The position numbers were made by a program, and so were the translations under genes. The notes beneath the pieces were generated by a model. It was not told the DNA's origin and searched no databases. It saw only the letters and a program-made list of their open reading frames with translations. 64,000 bases of DNA from sequence record PQ287644.1. The stretch is one strand, 5' to 3'. Below are positions 7,729 through 16,841 of this stretch, piece after piece (within the stretch, counting starts at the first letter, position 1; each line of letters begins with the position of its first letter).

Positions 7729-10551
7729 TTAAAAGAGTGAGAGAACACTCCGGGAGGTATACAAGGAATGGGTTTCAGGTTCATCCCCTATATCAAACAT
7801 TTCTTGGCCGGTGATATTACCCAACAACTCATGACCCTGTTCTTTACTCATAAGAATGTCCACTTGTTCCTTAGACCATTCCATGATGTTAATACTGCGG
7901 GTCATAATGTTGAGTTTATCCCCGGTGTCCATATCCAAGAGTTTAAAGTAACAGGGAGCATCCTGGCCAGTACGCCAGGTACGGGCTTGGACCTGTTTCA
8001 CTTCATACTCCCGGAAAGGCGCATTCAACAGAATGGTCAGGTTCGCCATAATCAAGGGATACCCTTCCTTCAGGGAATCAAAGATCGCAATCAACGCACG
8101 GAGAGTGGGGTCTTTCTCAAAGCGTTTGATATTGGCGTCTCGTTCACTGCTGTTTTCACCGTATACTGTCACATTCGGATACCCGACCTTCGTGAGGTAT
8201 TCTTCACAGAGTTTAAGGGCGTCCACGTAGGAGGTAAAGATCAGAGTCTTCTTCTCCACGTTATCGATGAGCTCAGGGAGTCCTGCGTGCGCAATGGTGT
8301 CCTTAATAGCGTTAATACGGGCTCGTCCTAAAACGTTCCCTAAGGCCTCTCCACGCAGTTTTAGACCCAAGTACTTAACCGCAGACTTAATGTTCCTGAA
8401 ATCCTTCAGGGCGGTCCCTTTAAGGCCCTTCTCGATGTCTTCTTCCACCCGCTTACAGAACTGACTGTCTTGGTTATCCGTAAAACTGTTATACCCCCGG
8501 GTTCTGAACCGGTGAACAATCTGTTTGTACTTCAACAGATTCTCAACCGCTTTAGCATTCCCCTGGATGGACAGTTCATACGACGTCAGAACATCGTTGT
8601 AGAATTCCAAGAAGCTCGGCATGTGTTTCGTATAGAACGCAATCCGTTCTCCAATGTAAATCTGCATTTGGAGGCGAATAGCATCCAAGGTGTATTGATC
8701 CGAATTCGGGATCTTTACCTTAACCAGTTCCATAGGAGGAGGATCGCCCAATCCCACCAGTTCAGGGATCGTAAACTTCATACGTCCAATACGCCGGCTC
8801 AGCAAATCCATTAACGAGGGACGGTTACGTCCATAGGACGCCATAAAGAACTCCCGAGCCTTCTTATCGAAGTAGGGATCGATCATACAAGTCGTTGGGA
8901 AGATCTCACTCCCCTGTGCCTTTAGCGGGGTCCCGGACATCGGAAGGTGATGCCCGAACAGTTCCATGTCGCACCATTCGATCAACTTCCGTGTACGGGC
9001 TGCTTTAGGGTCATTGAAGTTCTGGGATTCATCCAGAATCATCTTCAAAGCGCCTTTATGCTTCTTACTCAGCGTAATGAGGAAGTTCTCCAAGTATTTC
9101 CCCATAACACTGGTCATGTAATCGTAATGGACGATGTAGAAGTCATACCCTTCTTCTAAGACCTTACCGCTGATACTGGTCCAGATACGGGGTGGAACCT
9201 TAAAGTGCTGGAGGGGTTGTTCTACCCAGACTTTATCCACAATGTTCATAGGGCAAAAGACAACCGTCGGAGCTGTATTGATCAATTGAGACCACGCCAA
9301 GGACGTAAAGGTATTGTGGGTCACGATGTAGTCATCCACCACATACAGCTTCTCGTCATTATCCAAGGCAATGCAGCAAGTCTCTTGATTCTCCACTTTC
9401 TCCCAGTGTACTAGCTTCAGTTGCAGGTCTTCATACTGGGAGAAGTTATACATTCCTTGAATACGGGGATTGTCTCCAATTAACCCAGTCATCATCTTGT
9501 CGACGTCTCGGTGCTTAAAGTCAACCTTATACAAACCGTTAACCAACACTGGCTCCGTAGCTGTTCCTCCAATGGACCACATTAACCGACGGAAGTTCTC
9601 CATCCCAATCCGGTTCTCGTGATACGCGGATAAGACGGATTCACTGATTAAACACCCCACGTGTTCAATCACCGATGTGACTATATTAAAGCGATCCCGA
9701 TACGGGAACTCCAATACGTTGTCCCCTATTACAACGTCGGTATTGACCAGCTCCCTTGCAGCGGCTTCAGACGAAGTATTACAAGGGACGCTGTATCCAT
9801 TGATCTCACCCACTAAGGGGAAGTACACGTCCTCTTTACGGGCTTTATGGAGTACTTCCAACGTGGTTAAGATTTCATCGATCCCATTCACCGTGGTTTT
9901 CCACAAATGATACGGATGAGAGTCAGCCGTTCTACCGTCTTCGAAATAGAAGCGATAAACTTCCGTGATCCCCTGAGGGTAAATACTCTCCACACACGCG
10001 GTATCACCTCCAGGGGTCACTACGATATCCTTGACCTTCAGGTCACCCAAGGCTTTCCACCCATTTGGGACTTTAACCCGGGTTGAGAGAGGCATGGCTT
10101 TCCCTGAACCTGGTTTAGCATCCAGCAGCATCCCTTTCAAGTGATAACTGTTCACAATGATCGGGTATTGCTGAAGAAAGTCCAACTGCTGAGGAAAGGG
10201 AACTGTGTTGAACTGATTCAGTTTCTTAAGATCAAAAGGTTTACCTCCCGGATTAACCGTATCTTTAATCCAGGTCTCGGTTTCAATGAGTTCCTTCAGT
10301 TCACTCAACGCTCGTCTGCGGGTACGAAGGTTCCGTATTTTGAGGAGTTCCCCCACAATGTGGTGCAATTCTACCAGGAAGAAGTTATGCACCTTAATGG
10401 TGTCCCAGGATTCGCGTCGAATCTGATGTTTCGTTAAGAGAGAAGTGCTGTAGAACTTCTCAATGTCTTTGGCTAAATCGTAATAGGACACACCCGTAAT
10501 GTGTACGTAGTCTCCCGTTTGTTTTATCTTAACTGAAAACAGTCCTAACAT
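7729..10551 (-). CDS. SNF2/SF2 helicase interrupted by an intein
   Basis: Walker A DAKPGSGK|T after splicing; ILDESQ; MSGTP; QVQARTWRTGQ. Confidence 0.9.
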   Translation of the reverse strand: MLGLFSVKIKQTGDYVHITGVSYYDLAKDIEKFYSTSLLTKHQIRRESWDTIKVHNFFLVELHHIVGELLKIRNLRTRRRALSELKELIETETWIKDTVNPGGKPFDLKKLNQFNTVPFPQQLDFLQQYPIIVNSYHLKGMLLDAKPGSGKAMPLSTRVKVPNGWKALGDLKVKDIVVTPGGDTACVESIYPQGITEVYRFYFEDGRTADSHPYHLWKTTVNGIDEILTTLEVLHKARKEDVYFPLVGEINGYSVPCNTSSEAAARELVNTDVVIGDNVLEFPYRDRFNIVTSVIEHVGCLISESVLSAYHENRIGMENFRRLMWSIGGTATEPVLVNGLYKVDFKHRDVDKMMTGLIGDNPRIQGMYNFSQYEDLQLKLVHWEKVENQETCCIALDNDEKLYVVDDYIVTHNTFTSLAWSQLINTAPTVVFCPMNIVDKVWVEQPLQHFKVPPRIWTSISGKVLEEGYDFYIVHYDYMTSVMGKYLENFLITLSKKHKGALKMILDESQNFNDPKAARTRKLIEWCDMELFGHHLPMSGTPLKAQGSEIFPTTCMIDPYFDKKAREFFMASYGRNRPSLMDLLSRRIGRMKFTIPELVGLGDPPPMELVKVKIPNSDQYTLDAIRLQMQIYIGERIAFYTKHMPSFLEFYNDVLTSYELSIQGNAKAVENLLKYKQIVHRFRTRGYNSFTDNQDSQFCKRVEEDIEKGLKGTALKDFRNIKSAVKYLGLKLRGEALGNVLGRARINAIKDTIAHAGLPELIDNVEKKTLIFTSYVDALKLCEEYLTKVGYPNVTVYGENSSERDANIKRFEKDPTLRALIAIFDSLKEGYPLIMANLTILLNAPFREYEVKQVQARTWRTGQDAPCYFKLLDMDTGDKLNIMTRSINIMEWSKEQVDILMSKEQGHELLGNITGQEMFDIGDEPETHSLYTSRSVLSLF
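9313..10098 (-). mobile_element. Class 3 intein (262 aa, Ala1) in the helicase P-loop
   Basis: Starts AMPLSTRV and ends IVTHN before Thr+1; WCT triplet (HLW, ETCC, VTHN). Confidence 0.9.
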
Positions 10552-10580
10552 TGAAGTCGTCCTTAAAGAAGGGGTTTAAA

Positions 10581-11747
10581 ATGCGTCAAGTAGAAGTAGG
10601 ATCCGTGGGCTATAACAACCTGGCTCGTCTATACGACCACCTGTGGGGTGGAGAATTGGTTGAGGTAGGCCAACGGGTAGAAGGGGAAACGGAATATCGA
10701 GATGTGCTGACCCTCGGAGATGTCGAGATCCATTACTTCTTTACCCTCAATAAAGAAGGTAAAGAAGAAGCCTACGTGCGGTATACCCGTGACAACGGTA
10801 CCCTCACGTTCCGACTGAACGAGAAGTGGACCCAATACCTCTTCAATGACGAAATCTTCACCATTCCAGAAGAGATCGTAGAGGGTATGGGGAGGGTCTC
10901 TATAGAGTTCCCCAGCAGTTGGTTACAGGTCGCGGCTAAACACCCCGCTGATGATGTGCTTCAAGATGACCTGAAAACCACGGATAAACTGGTGATTAAA
11001 CTCTCCAATAAACTCCGTCATGCCGTGGATGTTATCACCAAGAAAAGCAACCATTTGGTTGAATGGGTAGGTAAACGTGACCACGACCTCTACCTCACGT
11101 TCAAAACCAAGAAAGACGACCTTTCTTACTTTACGGTTCGGTTTGATAAAGTCTACCCTGAAGTCCCTAAAGAAGGGATTACCCTCGGGGAAGGGGAAAC
11201 GTTGGAGATCGATAACCCCGATGACCGTCAGGAAGTTAAGGACCTTATTAAGACTATCGGTGAACTGGAACACCAAGTGAACCGCCAGATTCAATATTAC
11301 CGCAAGCATGCGAACCTGACCGACGCGGGTAAAGCACTCTTCGAGCAGGAAGTCCGTACCCTTCTATTTGCTGCCAGTCACTTCAGTAAACGCATTTATC
11401 CTTTCAACAGTGTGCATGGTAAGGAATGGTTGGATAAGGCGGCTAACGAGATCCTGGAGCGCTTGTACGCCTATAAAGCCACCACAGACGTTCCCTTCGG
11501 GTTGGATGTGAACAGTTGGTTCGTGTGGAGTTATCCGCTGGATGGAAGTGAGCCGGTTAAGATCACGGATGAATCGGTTGACTTTATTGAGTGCGTACTT
11601 AATCGGTACACGGAGAGTTTTGTTGATATCCTGACGGGTTTCCTGATGGATTTGAACCACACGGAAGTCATCCGTCCGTATCACTACGTGGTGCCTGCTG
11701 ACCTCAGTGACGGATACTCGATCGGCTCGATTCGTCGAGTTAAATAA
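10581..11747 (+). CDS. Hypothetical protein (388 aa)
   Basis: SD GAAGGGG before ATG 10581; long ORF ending at a terminator. Confidence 0.75.
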   Translation: MRQVEVGSVGYNNLARLYDHLWGGELVEVGQRVEGETEYRDVLTLGDVEIHYFFTLNKEGKEEAYVRYTRDNGTLTFRLNEKWTQYLFNDEIFTIPEEIVEGMGRVSIEFPSSWLQVAAKHPADDVLQDDLKTTDKLVIKLSNKLRHAVDVITKKSNHLVEWVGKRDHDLYLTFKTKKDDLSYFTVRFDKVYPEVPKEGITLGEGETLEIDNPDDRQEVKDLIKTIGELEHQVNRQIQYYRKHANLTDAGKALFEQEVRTLLFAASHFSKRIYPFNSVHGKEWLDKAANEILERLYAYKATTDVPFGLDVNSWFVWSYPLDGSEPVKITDESVDFIECVLNRYTESFVDILTGFLMDLNHTEVIRPYHYVVPADLSDGYSIGSIRRVK

Positions 11748-11759
11748 CGAAAACGACTA

Positions 11760-11793
11760 TACTCCAGGAGAGCCCAACGGCTCTCCTGGAGTA
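11760..11793. terminator. Bidirectional terminator
   Basis: Stem of about 15 bp, ACTCCAGGAGAGCC/GGCTCTCCTGGAGT, between convergent stops. Confidence 0.7.
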
Positions 11794-11800
11794 GTCGGTA

Positions 11801-12433
11801 TTACGGTACACCCAATCGAGACTCTAGATCCTTAATGTATTCATCCCTGGCCACTAAGGCTGCTTCCAGATCCCGGATACGAGACAAATCATTACTGTCA
11901 TCCGTAATCGTGTTCTTGCGGGTGGTTTCAAACACATCATGCTCATTCTTCGAGACATACCCAATGACCGGTACAGTTCCCAAAGTGGATTTCCCTTCCA
12001 CTCCGAAATGGGCTTTGATGTAGGTATCGAAATGTTGCATCGCCAAGACGAGGTTATCCTTCATCTCGGGGGGTAATGCACCGCAGTCGGTGACAATACA
12101 CATGCGTTCGTACGAATACCCGTCTACCAAAGGGAAACTCTTTAGGTAGGTGGTCAGCACGTAGACCGGTGGACCACTCCGCGGTATTAACGACACCACC
12201 ACGGCGTTTTCACTGATCGCCTTTTCCAGTACCGCAGGGTAATCTGCTTCGCTGAGTCCAATGGGTTTAAAGACCCGCTCGTAGATCTTAATCTTCAATC
12301 CCTGCATTTCAGGGATCGTTCGAGTGGCCTCTACGGTGTAGAACGTATTGGGATTCACCACGGTTGAGAAGGGTGCGATAGCTTCAAACCGTCCGGCTGC
12401 ACCAATGGCTGGAATGATGTTTTGCTCAGCCAT
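11801..12433 (-). CDS. Conserved jumbo-phage protein, probably virion structural
   Basis: 210-aa ORF with SD GAGGA, coupled to the upstream gene. Confidence 0.7.
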   Translation of the reverse strand: MAEQNIIPAIGAAGRFEAIAPFSTVVNPNTFYTVEATRTIPEMQGLKIKIYERVFKPIGLSEADYPAVLEKAISENAVVVSLIPRSGPPVYVLTTYLKSFPLVDGYSYERMCIVTDCGALPPEMKDNLVLAMQHFDTYIKAHFGVEGKSTLGTVPVIGYVSKNEHDVFETTRKNTITDDSNDLSRIRDLEAALVARDEYIKDLESRLGVP

Positions 12434-12436
12434 TCA

Positions 12437-13783
12437 TTAATCCTCCTCTACAATCCCGTCTTGAATCATTTGCCACCGGGTGAACATCACGTATTTCACT
12501 TTACCAATACGCTTGGCCACACAGACCTTATCCAAGCGAGTCAGACGGCTGACCCCGGGAGGCAGCAAAGAGAACGGCGTAACCACTTCAGCGGCTGCTA
12601 CCAGGTCCTCCATTCCACGGATAAACGCCATAGTAGCCTCACCCATGGATCCAAAATCAGGATCCAGGGAGGGGATCAATTGGTACTGGGGAACAATTGA
12701 ACGAATCTTCTGCATCCCTTGACGGTTGTTCTTTTTAGCTACAAACCCAATCTGTACCGATTTATACAGCATGGGTAGGGTTTGGAAGGATTTTATGATG
12801 AAGTCTTCTGGTATTGTTGGGACCAAGTACCGCTTGGCAATATCGATTTCAGTCTCACGATCGACAATGGGGGAGAACGAGCTAGCGCCGGTGGTGCGGT
12901 CTACAATCCCAATCATGTCGAAACGGGGGATGGCATAGAACTCCAGCGGGTTGAAGAGATCGGGGATCTTTTCTTCCCAATCTTCACGGGGATACTTCGA
13001 ATCTTTCAAGATCTCATCTTGAATCTGTTCGTAGAGCTGATCTTCCGCCTCGGTACCATTACCCCAGGACAGGATAGACCAGTACCCCATGTTGAACTTG
13101 CCGGTGTTAACCAGGTCAAGTATCTGGAATTCTTCGACGTTGCGCTCTGTATAGGGCCAGCCTGCATTCCGAGTCGCTTCATGTTCACGTTGCGCGATGA
13201 CCGTCGGGGTTTCCCGTGCGAACCGCTCAGCAATCTGCTGATAGTTCATGGTCATCAGGTTGTCCATCTCGTTTAACGGGATGGGGTGGATAATCGTAAA
13301 CTGAACACGGGGATACTGGATCAGGAAGTACGCGTCAGCCATCCACAAGTAGAACGGTTGGTTATCACCACCCACGACATGATAGCCACGAACAAAGCTC
13401 GGTAGCCAGATCGTGTTATTGGTGACCATTTCACCAACGTCTTCAATCACAACATTGGTGGTGAATTGGGCTTTGAGTAGCGCAAGGGTGTTAGGACGAC
13501 TGTCAGTGATTTTCCCGCTTAGAGCTTGTTCATACAACCAGTTGGACACACCGATTTGAGCTTCAGCAATCGCTTGCGGCATAACAATCTCTGTTCCATC
13601 GGTTTCGGAATAGAAATTGACCAATACGGTTGCACTGGGAATGTTCGCAGCCAGGGTAAACTTACCCGGGTCTTTGGCGTAACTGTTGGACTTGTTCGAC
13701 AGCTCGCCAATAGGGGAGGTTGTGAGTAGACTGTTGTCGTGAAGCTTTGCTATACTTGCGAAAGAAAGGAACGTGGTACTCAT
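12437..13783 (-). CDS. Conserved jumbo-phage virion structural protein
   Basis: 448-aa ORF; position in phiKZ-like synteny (inference). Confidence 0.7.
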   Translation of the reverse strand: MSTTFLSFASIAKLHDNSLLTTSPIGELSNKSNSYAKDPGKFTLAANIPSATVLVNFYSETDGTEIVMPQAIAEAQIGVSNWLYEQALSGKITDSRPNTLALLKAQFTTNVVIEDVGEMVTNNTIWLPSFVRGYHVVGGDNQPFYLWMADAYFLIQYPRVQFTIIHPIPLNEMDNLMTMNYQQIAERFARETPTVIAQREHEATRNAGWPYTERNVEEFQILDLVNTGKFNMGYWSILSWGNGTEAEDQLYEQIQDEILKDSKYPREDWEEKIPDLFNPLEFYAIPRFDMIGIVDRTTGASSFSPIVDRETEIDIAKRYLVPTIPEDFIIKSFQTLPMLYKSVQIGFVAKKNNRQGMQKIRSIVPQYQLIPSLDPDFGSMGEATMAFIRGMEDLVAAAEVVTPFSLLPPGVSRLTRLDKVCVAKRIGKVKYVMFTRWQMIQDGIVEED

Positions 13784-13816
13784 GATTGGCTCACCGTTGA
13801 TGTAAGGAATACGCCC

Positions 13817-14272
13817 ATGGTTTTAGGTATTGCAAAGGAGATGGCGGATAGATTCATAGAATTCGTTCTTAAATTCTTCAAAGGGGAGTCTGCTGAAGAC
13901 CAACTGAGCAAAGCCCTTAAAGTTTCAGTACTTACTATTGCCCTGCTACTGTTTGGTTTGTTTGCATTGTTGAGTAACAACCTCAACCTGCGCATGGATC
14001 TGGCGGATGCTGAAATTGGTCTGGCTAAGATTAATATGCTCTTCGACCCTACTGTGGGGGAAGGGGGACCTTTAAAAGAGTTCGTTCGTATCAATGATGC
14101 GTTGAGTCGACAACTAGACAGTGTTAAGAATCAAAATATCATCTTGTCGAAACGAACCATTACTGCGACGGCTGAAAACAAGGTACTTAAGGAACATCTA
14201 CTTAAGGTCCTTGAAGAGAACAAGATTCTACAAAATAATAACCAAATGCTGTTGAGAAAATGCACACAATAG
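13817..14272 (+). CDS. Membrane-anchored coiled-coil protein (151 aa)
   Basis: SD AAGGA; hydrophobic VSVLTIALLLFGLFALL followed by a heptad-rich C-terminus. Confidence 0.7.
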   Translation: MVLGIAKEMADRFIEFVLKFFKGESAEDQLSKALKVSVLTIALLLFGLFALLSNNLNLRMDLADAEIGLAKINMLFDPTVGEGGPLKEFVRINDALSRQLDSVKNQNIILSKRTITATAENKVLKEHLLKVLEENKILQNNNQMLLRKCTQ

Positions 14273-14338
14273 GGACCGGTTAAATTCCACAAGGATGTGT
14301 ATCCCATGTACATGCACCTATTAGAATGAGTTAACGTA

Positions 14339-15850
14339 ATGGAAGCCATCACACCGTCTGTCAACTGGGTTATGTACCTCCTGGTAGGACATAACAGCAA
14401 GTTAAAGAAAAACGGCTACTTCCTGGGTGGTCATGGGTATTCTTACGATATCCAACAAGAAGGTAAGCGTAAGCTAACCAAGGATGTCCCGACGTCGGCG
14501 GGGTATTATACCGGTAATCCTCAGAAGACCAATACGGCTGTAACGATTCGGGATATTGTGTCGTTGACCGTAGTGAATGCGGAGAGTGAGCTGGAAGCCC
14601 TCTTGAAGGGATATTGGGAAGTCCTGAATGCCCTTACCACCGATCCCATCCTGAAGAACCTGTGTGTCATTACCGAACACAAAGTCTTGGAAGCCTTGAG
14701 TAAGGTAGATAAGAAGAACGTCGAAGACACTGAAGAGTTCAAACTCGGAAGACTGGTTTTAAGTGCAACAGAGCGAGCGGTGTTGTTAGACATCCTCACC
14801 TGCTTGGAAATAGCCAGTCAAACAGACCGTCGGGTGGTCTTCGATTTTCCAGGTGTTGCAGAAGGGGGTCAAGGGAATAAGGAAGCCGCCAAACAAAGGG
14901 ACCTTGCTGAAACAATCAGTCTGTTTGGGTTTAAGAAGGAAACCAACCTGGAAGTGGTTTCCCGTAAGGAGTATGAAAACCCAGAGGTGGAATTCAACAA
15001 GATCGTCAGTGCCTCTCGGTGGTATTTCAATACCTTGGATCCTGAAGCGTTCTATAAAGAACAACACGGGTATCGGGTGTACGGGTTTGGTAAAGTCGAA
15101 CGGGATAAAACGTACTACGGTAAGCTCACCCCGGATGTGACCTATTCCAAACTCTACACCAAACGACCCCTTCGTTTACTGGATAAGTTGTTTGACTTTA
15201 CGGTACAACGGATTGCCAATCCCGAGGGGTATTTGTCAGCAGGTGATCTGAACCACATTGTCACCAAGGATGTGGCGCGGTTAGTGGATCATTTCCCAGG
15301 GGTTCCTAAGGAAAAGGAACTGATCTCCCCTTTCACCAAACAGAACACGAAACCGGTTCTGATTGAGCTTATATCCCCGGTCTTGATGTCGTATCGGATC
15401 AGGGATTTCTTAATTGGGATGGATATTCTGTTTGAAGGGTTTATGAACAAGGATACCGAGAACAGGTATGGGTATCTGACGTTCTACATTATCACGGATT
15501 TGATTTACCAGAAGGAAGTCAATGGAAAAGGGGTGGAGAAACTTAAGCTGGATCCAGCCTTTACCCAGACTCGGGAAACGATCAGTTTAAAGGTCACTCA
15601 TCCCAGCGCAATTAAACCGGTAACCATCAAGCTGTCTATTGGGTACGACACCCCGGATCGCAACGCTTTTAATTCGATTACGGACCCTAAAGTTAAGGTC
15701 TGGTGTGTGACAGACACCCGGAACAAGGAAGGCTTGCGGTACGCGACGATTGTGGAGACGGATGAGTTTATCTATGTCCATACGTCGGCGATTGCTAACC
15801 TTCGGGTGTTAACCTTGGCGGAGTTAGGACGAAGTACTGATAAAGAGTGA
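14339..15850 (+). CDS. RNase H-like protein (phiKZ gp155 family), active site possibly degenerate
   Basis: GHGYSY, PTSAGY, ELEA and CVITEH motifs in RNase H order; syntenic with uvsX. Confidence 0.5.
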   Translation: MEAITPSVNWVMYLLVGHNSKLKKNGYFLGGHGYSYDIQQEGKRKLTKDVPTSAGYYTGNPQKTNTAVTIRDIVSLTVVNAESELEALLKGYWEVLNALTTDPILKNLCVITEHKVLEALSKVDKKNVEDTEEFKLGRLVLSATERAVLLDILTCLEIASQTDRRVVFDFPGVAEGGQGNKEAAKQRDLAETISLFGFKKETNLEVVSRKEYENPEVEFNKIVSASRWYFNTLDPEAFYKEQHGYRVYGFGKVERDKTYYGKLTPDVTYSKLYTKRPLRLLDKLFDFTVQRIANPEGYLSAGDLNHIVTKDVARLVDHFPGVPKEKELISPFTKQNTKPVLIELISPVLMSYRIRDFLIGMDILFEGFMNKDTENRYGYLTFYIITDLIYQKEVNGKGVEKLKLDPAFTQTRETISLKVTHPSAIKPVTIKLSIGYDTPDRNAFNSITDPKVKVWCVTDTRNKEGLRYATIVETDEFIYVHTSAIANLRVLTLAELGRSTDKE

Positions 15851-15854
15851 ACAT

Positions 15855-15892
15855 TATACCTACTGGGAGGTTCGCACCTCCCAGTAGGTATA
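15855..15892. terminator. Bidirectional terminator
   Basis: 17-bp perfect stem with a 4-nt loop between convergent genes. Confidence 0.75.
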
Positions 15893-15901
15893 CGTATGTT
15901 A

Positions 15902-16744
15902 CTATTTTGCTTTGGTTACAATCGTTTCAGTCTGCTCACGGAAGACAGCCGCCAGTTCGTTCAGGAGGGTCATCATCGCTCCACAGATGTCCGTAAACTC
16001 CACAAAACGATTAACCACCAACTCTACTTCAGTCAGTATCTTCTCATCCAGGACGAGGTCATTGGTTTTGATCTTCTCCACCAGGAGTTGCCCCAGTTCA
16101 TAGACCCGAGTCAATTCCCGACTGGCCATTTCAACATCCCGAGCGCCCAGTAGCTTGGCCGACACGTTGTAGGTTTCCAGTACGCTGTACAGTTCTTCGA
16201 AATTGACGTAAACTTCACCCAGGGTACACGTCTTGCGGTGGGGGTTGGATGGGAGACCTTTAAGGAACTGTTCGGAACGGTCCAGTACCGTATCGAAGTT
16301 GGTAATGGTCCAACGGAAACGGGTTTCAGGACGACCGGTCTTAATCAGTTGTTTAAGCCAATCGTATAGTCGAATTGCTTCAGTTTTCATACTACTGACC
16401 AGATAGACCCCATCCGTGGCTACGAATTGAGTATAGGCCATCATATTACCGAGGCCGGGTGTGTAGGTCTCCGGGACAATGACTGGCAACCCAGCGTTCT
16501 TAACAAAGAGAATCTCTTTCCGCTGGATCGTTTTACGGAACTTTTCAACGTCCAGAGTGATAACCGACTTTTCGAAGGCGGCCAGACGGCGGTCTATAGA
16601 GGCACCGAACTCAGAGAAGAAAAGACCCACACTTTCCCCTACACTGAGTTTTTCAGCCCCCAGGACTGAGAGAAGCTGGGGATTCTTGATCCGTTCGATG
16701 AAGTCTTTCGATGTAAAGGAATGTTCCATAACTGAAAATCTCAT
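15902..16744 (-). CDS. Conserved hypothetical/virion protein
   Basis: 280-aa ORF divergent from uvsX. Confidence 0.65.
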   Translation of the reverse strand: MRFSVMEHSFTSKDFIERIKNPQLLSVLGAEKLSVGESVGLFFSEFGASIDRRLAAFEKSVITLDVEKFRKTIQRKEILFVKNAGLPVIVPETYTPGLGNMMAYTQFVATDGVYLVSSMKTEAIRLYDWLKQLIKTGRPETRFRWTITNFDTVLDRSEQFLKGLPSNPHRKTCTLGEVYVNFEELYSVLETYNVSAKLLGARDVEMASRELTRVYELGQLLVEKIKTNDLVLDEKILTEVELVVNRFVEFTDICGAMMTLLNELAAVFREQTETIVTKAK

Positions 16745-16841
16745 GAGTATAGTTTGGGGAATGGGTTTTTACGCAGACCCATCTAAAACAGGGCGTTGCC
16801 CTTTCAGCTAAAGTTCATAAAATACGAGGAATAAGAGGAAC

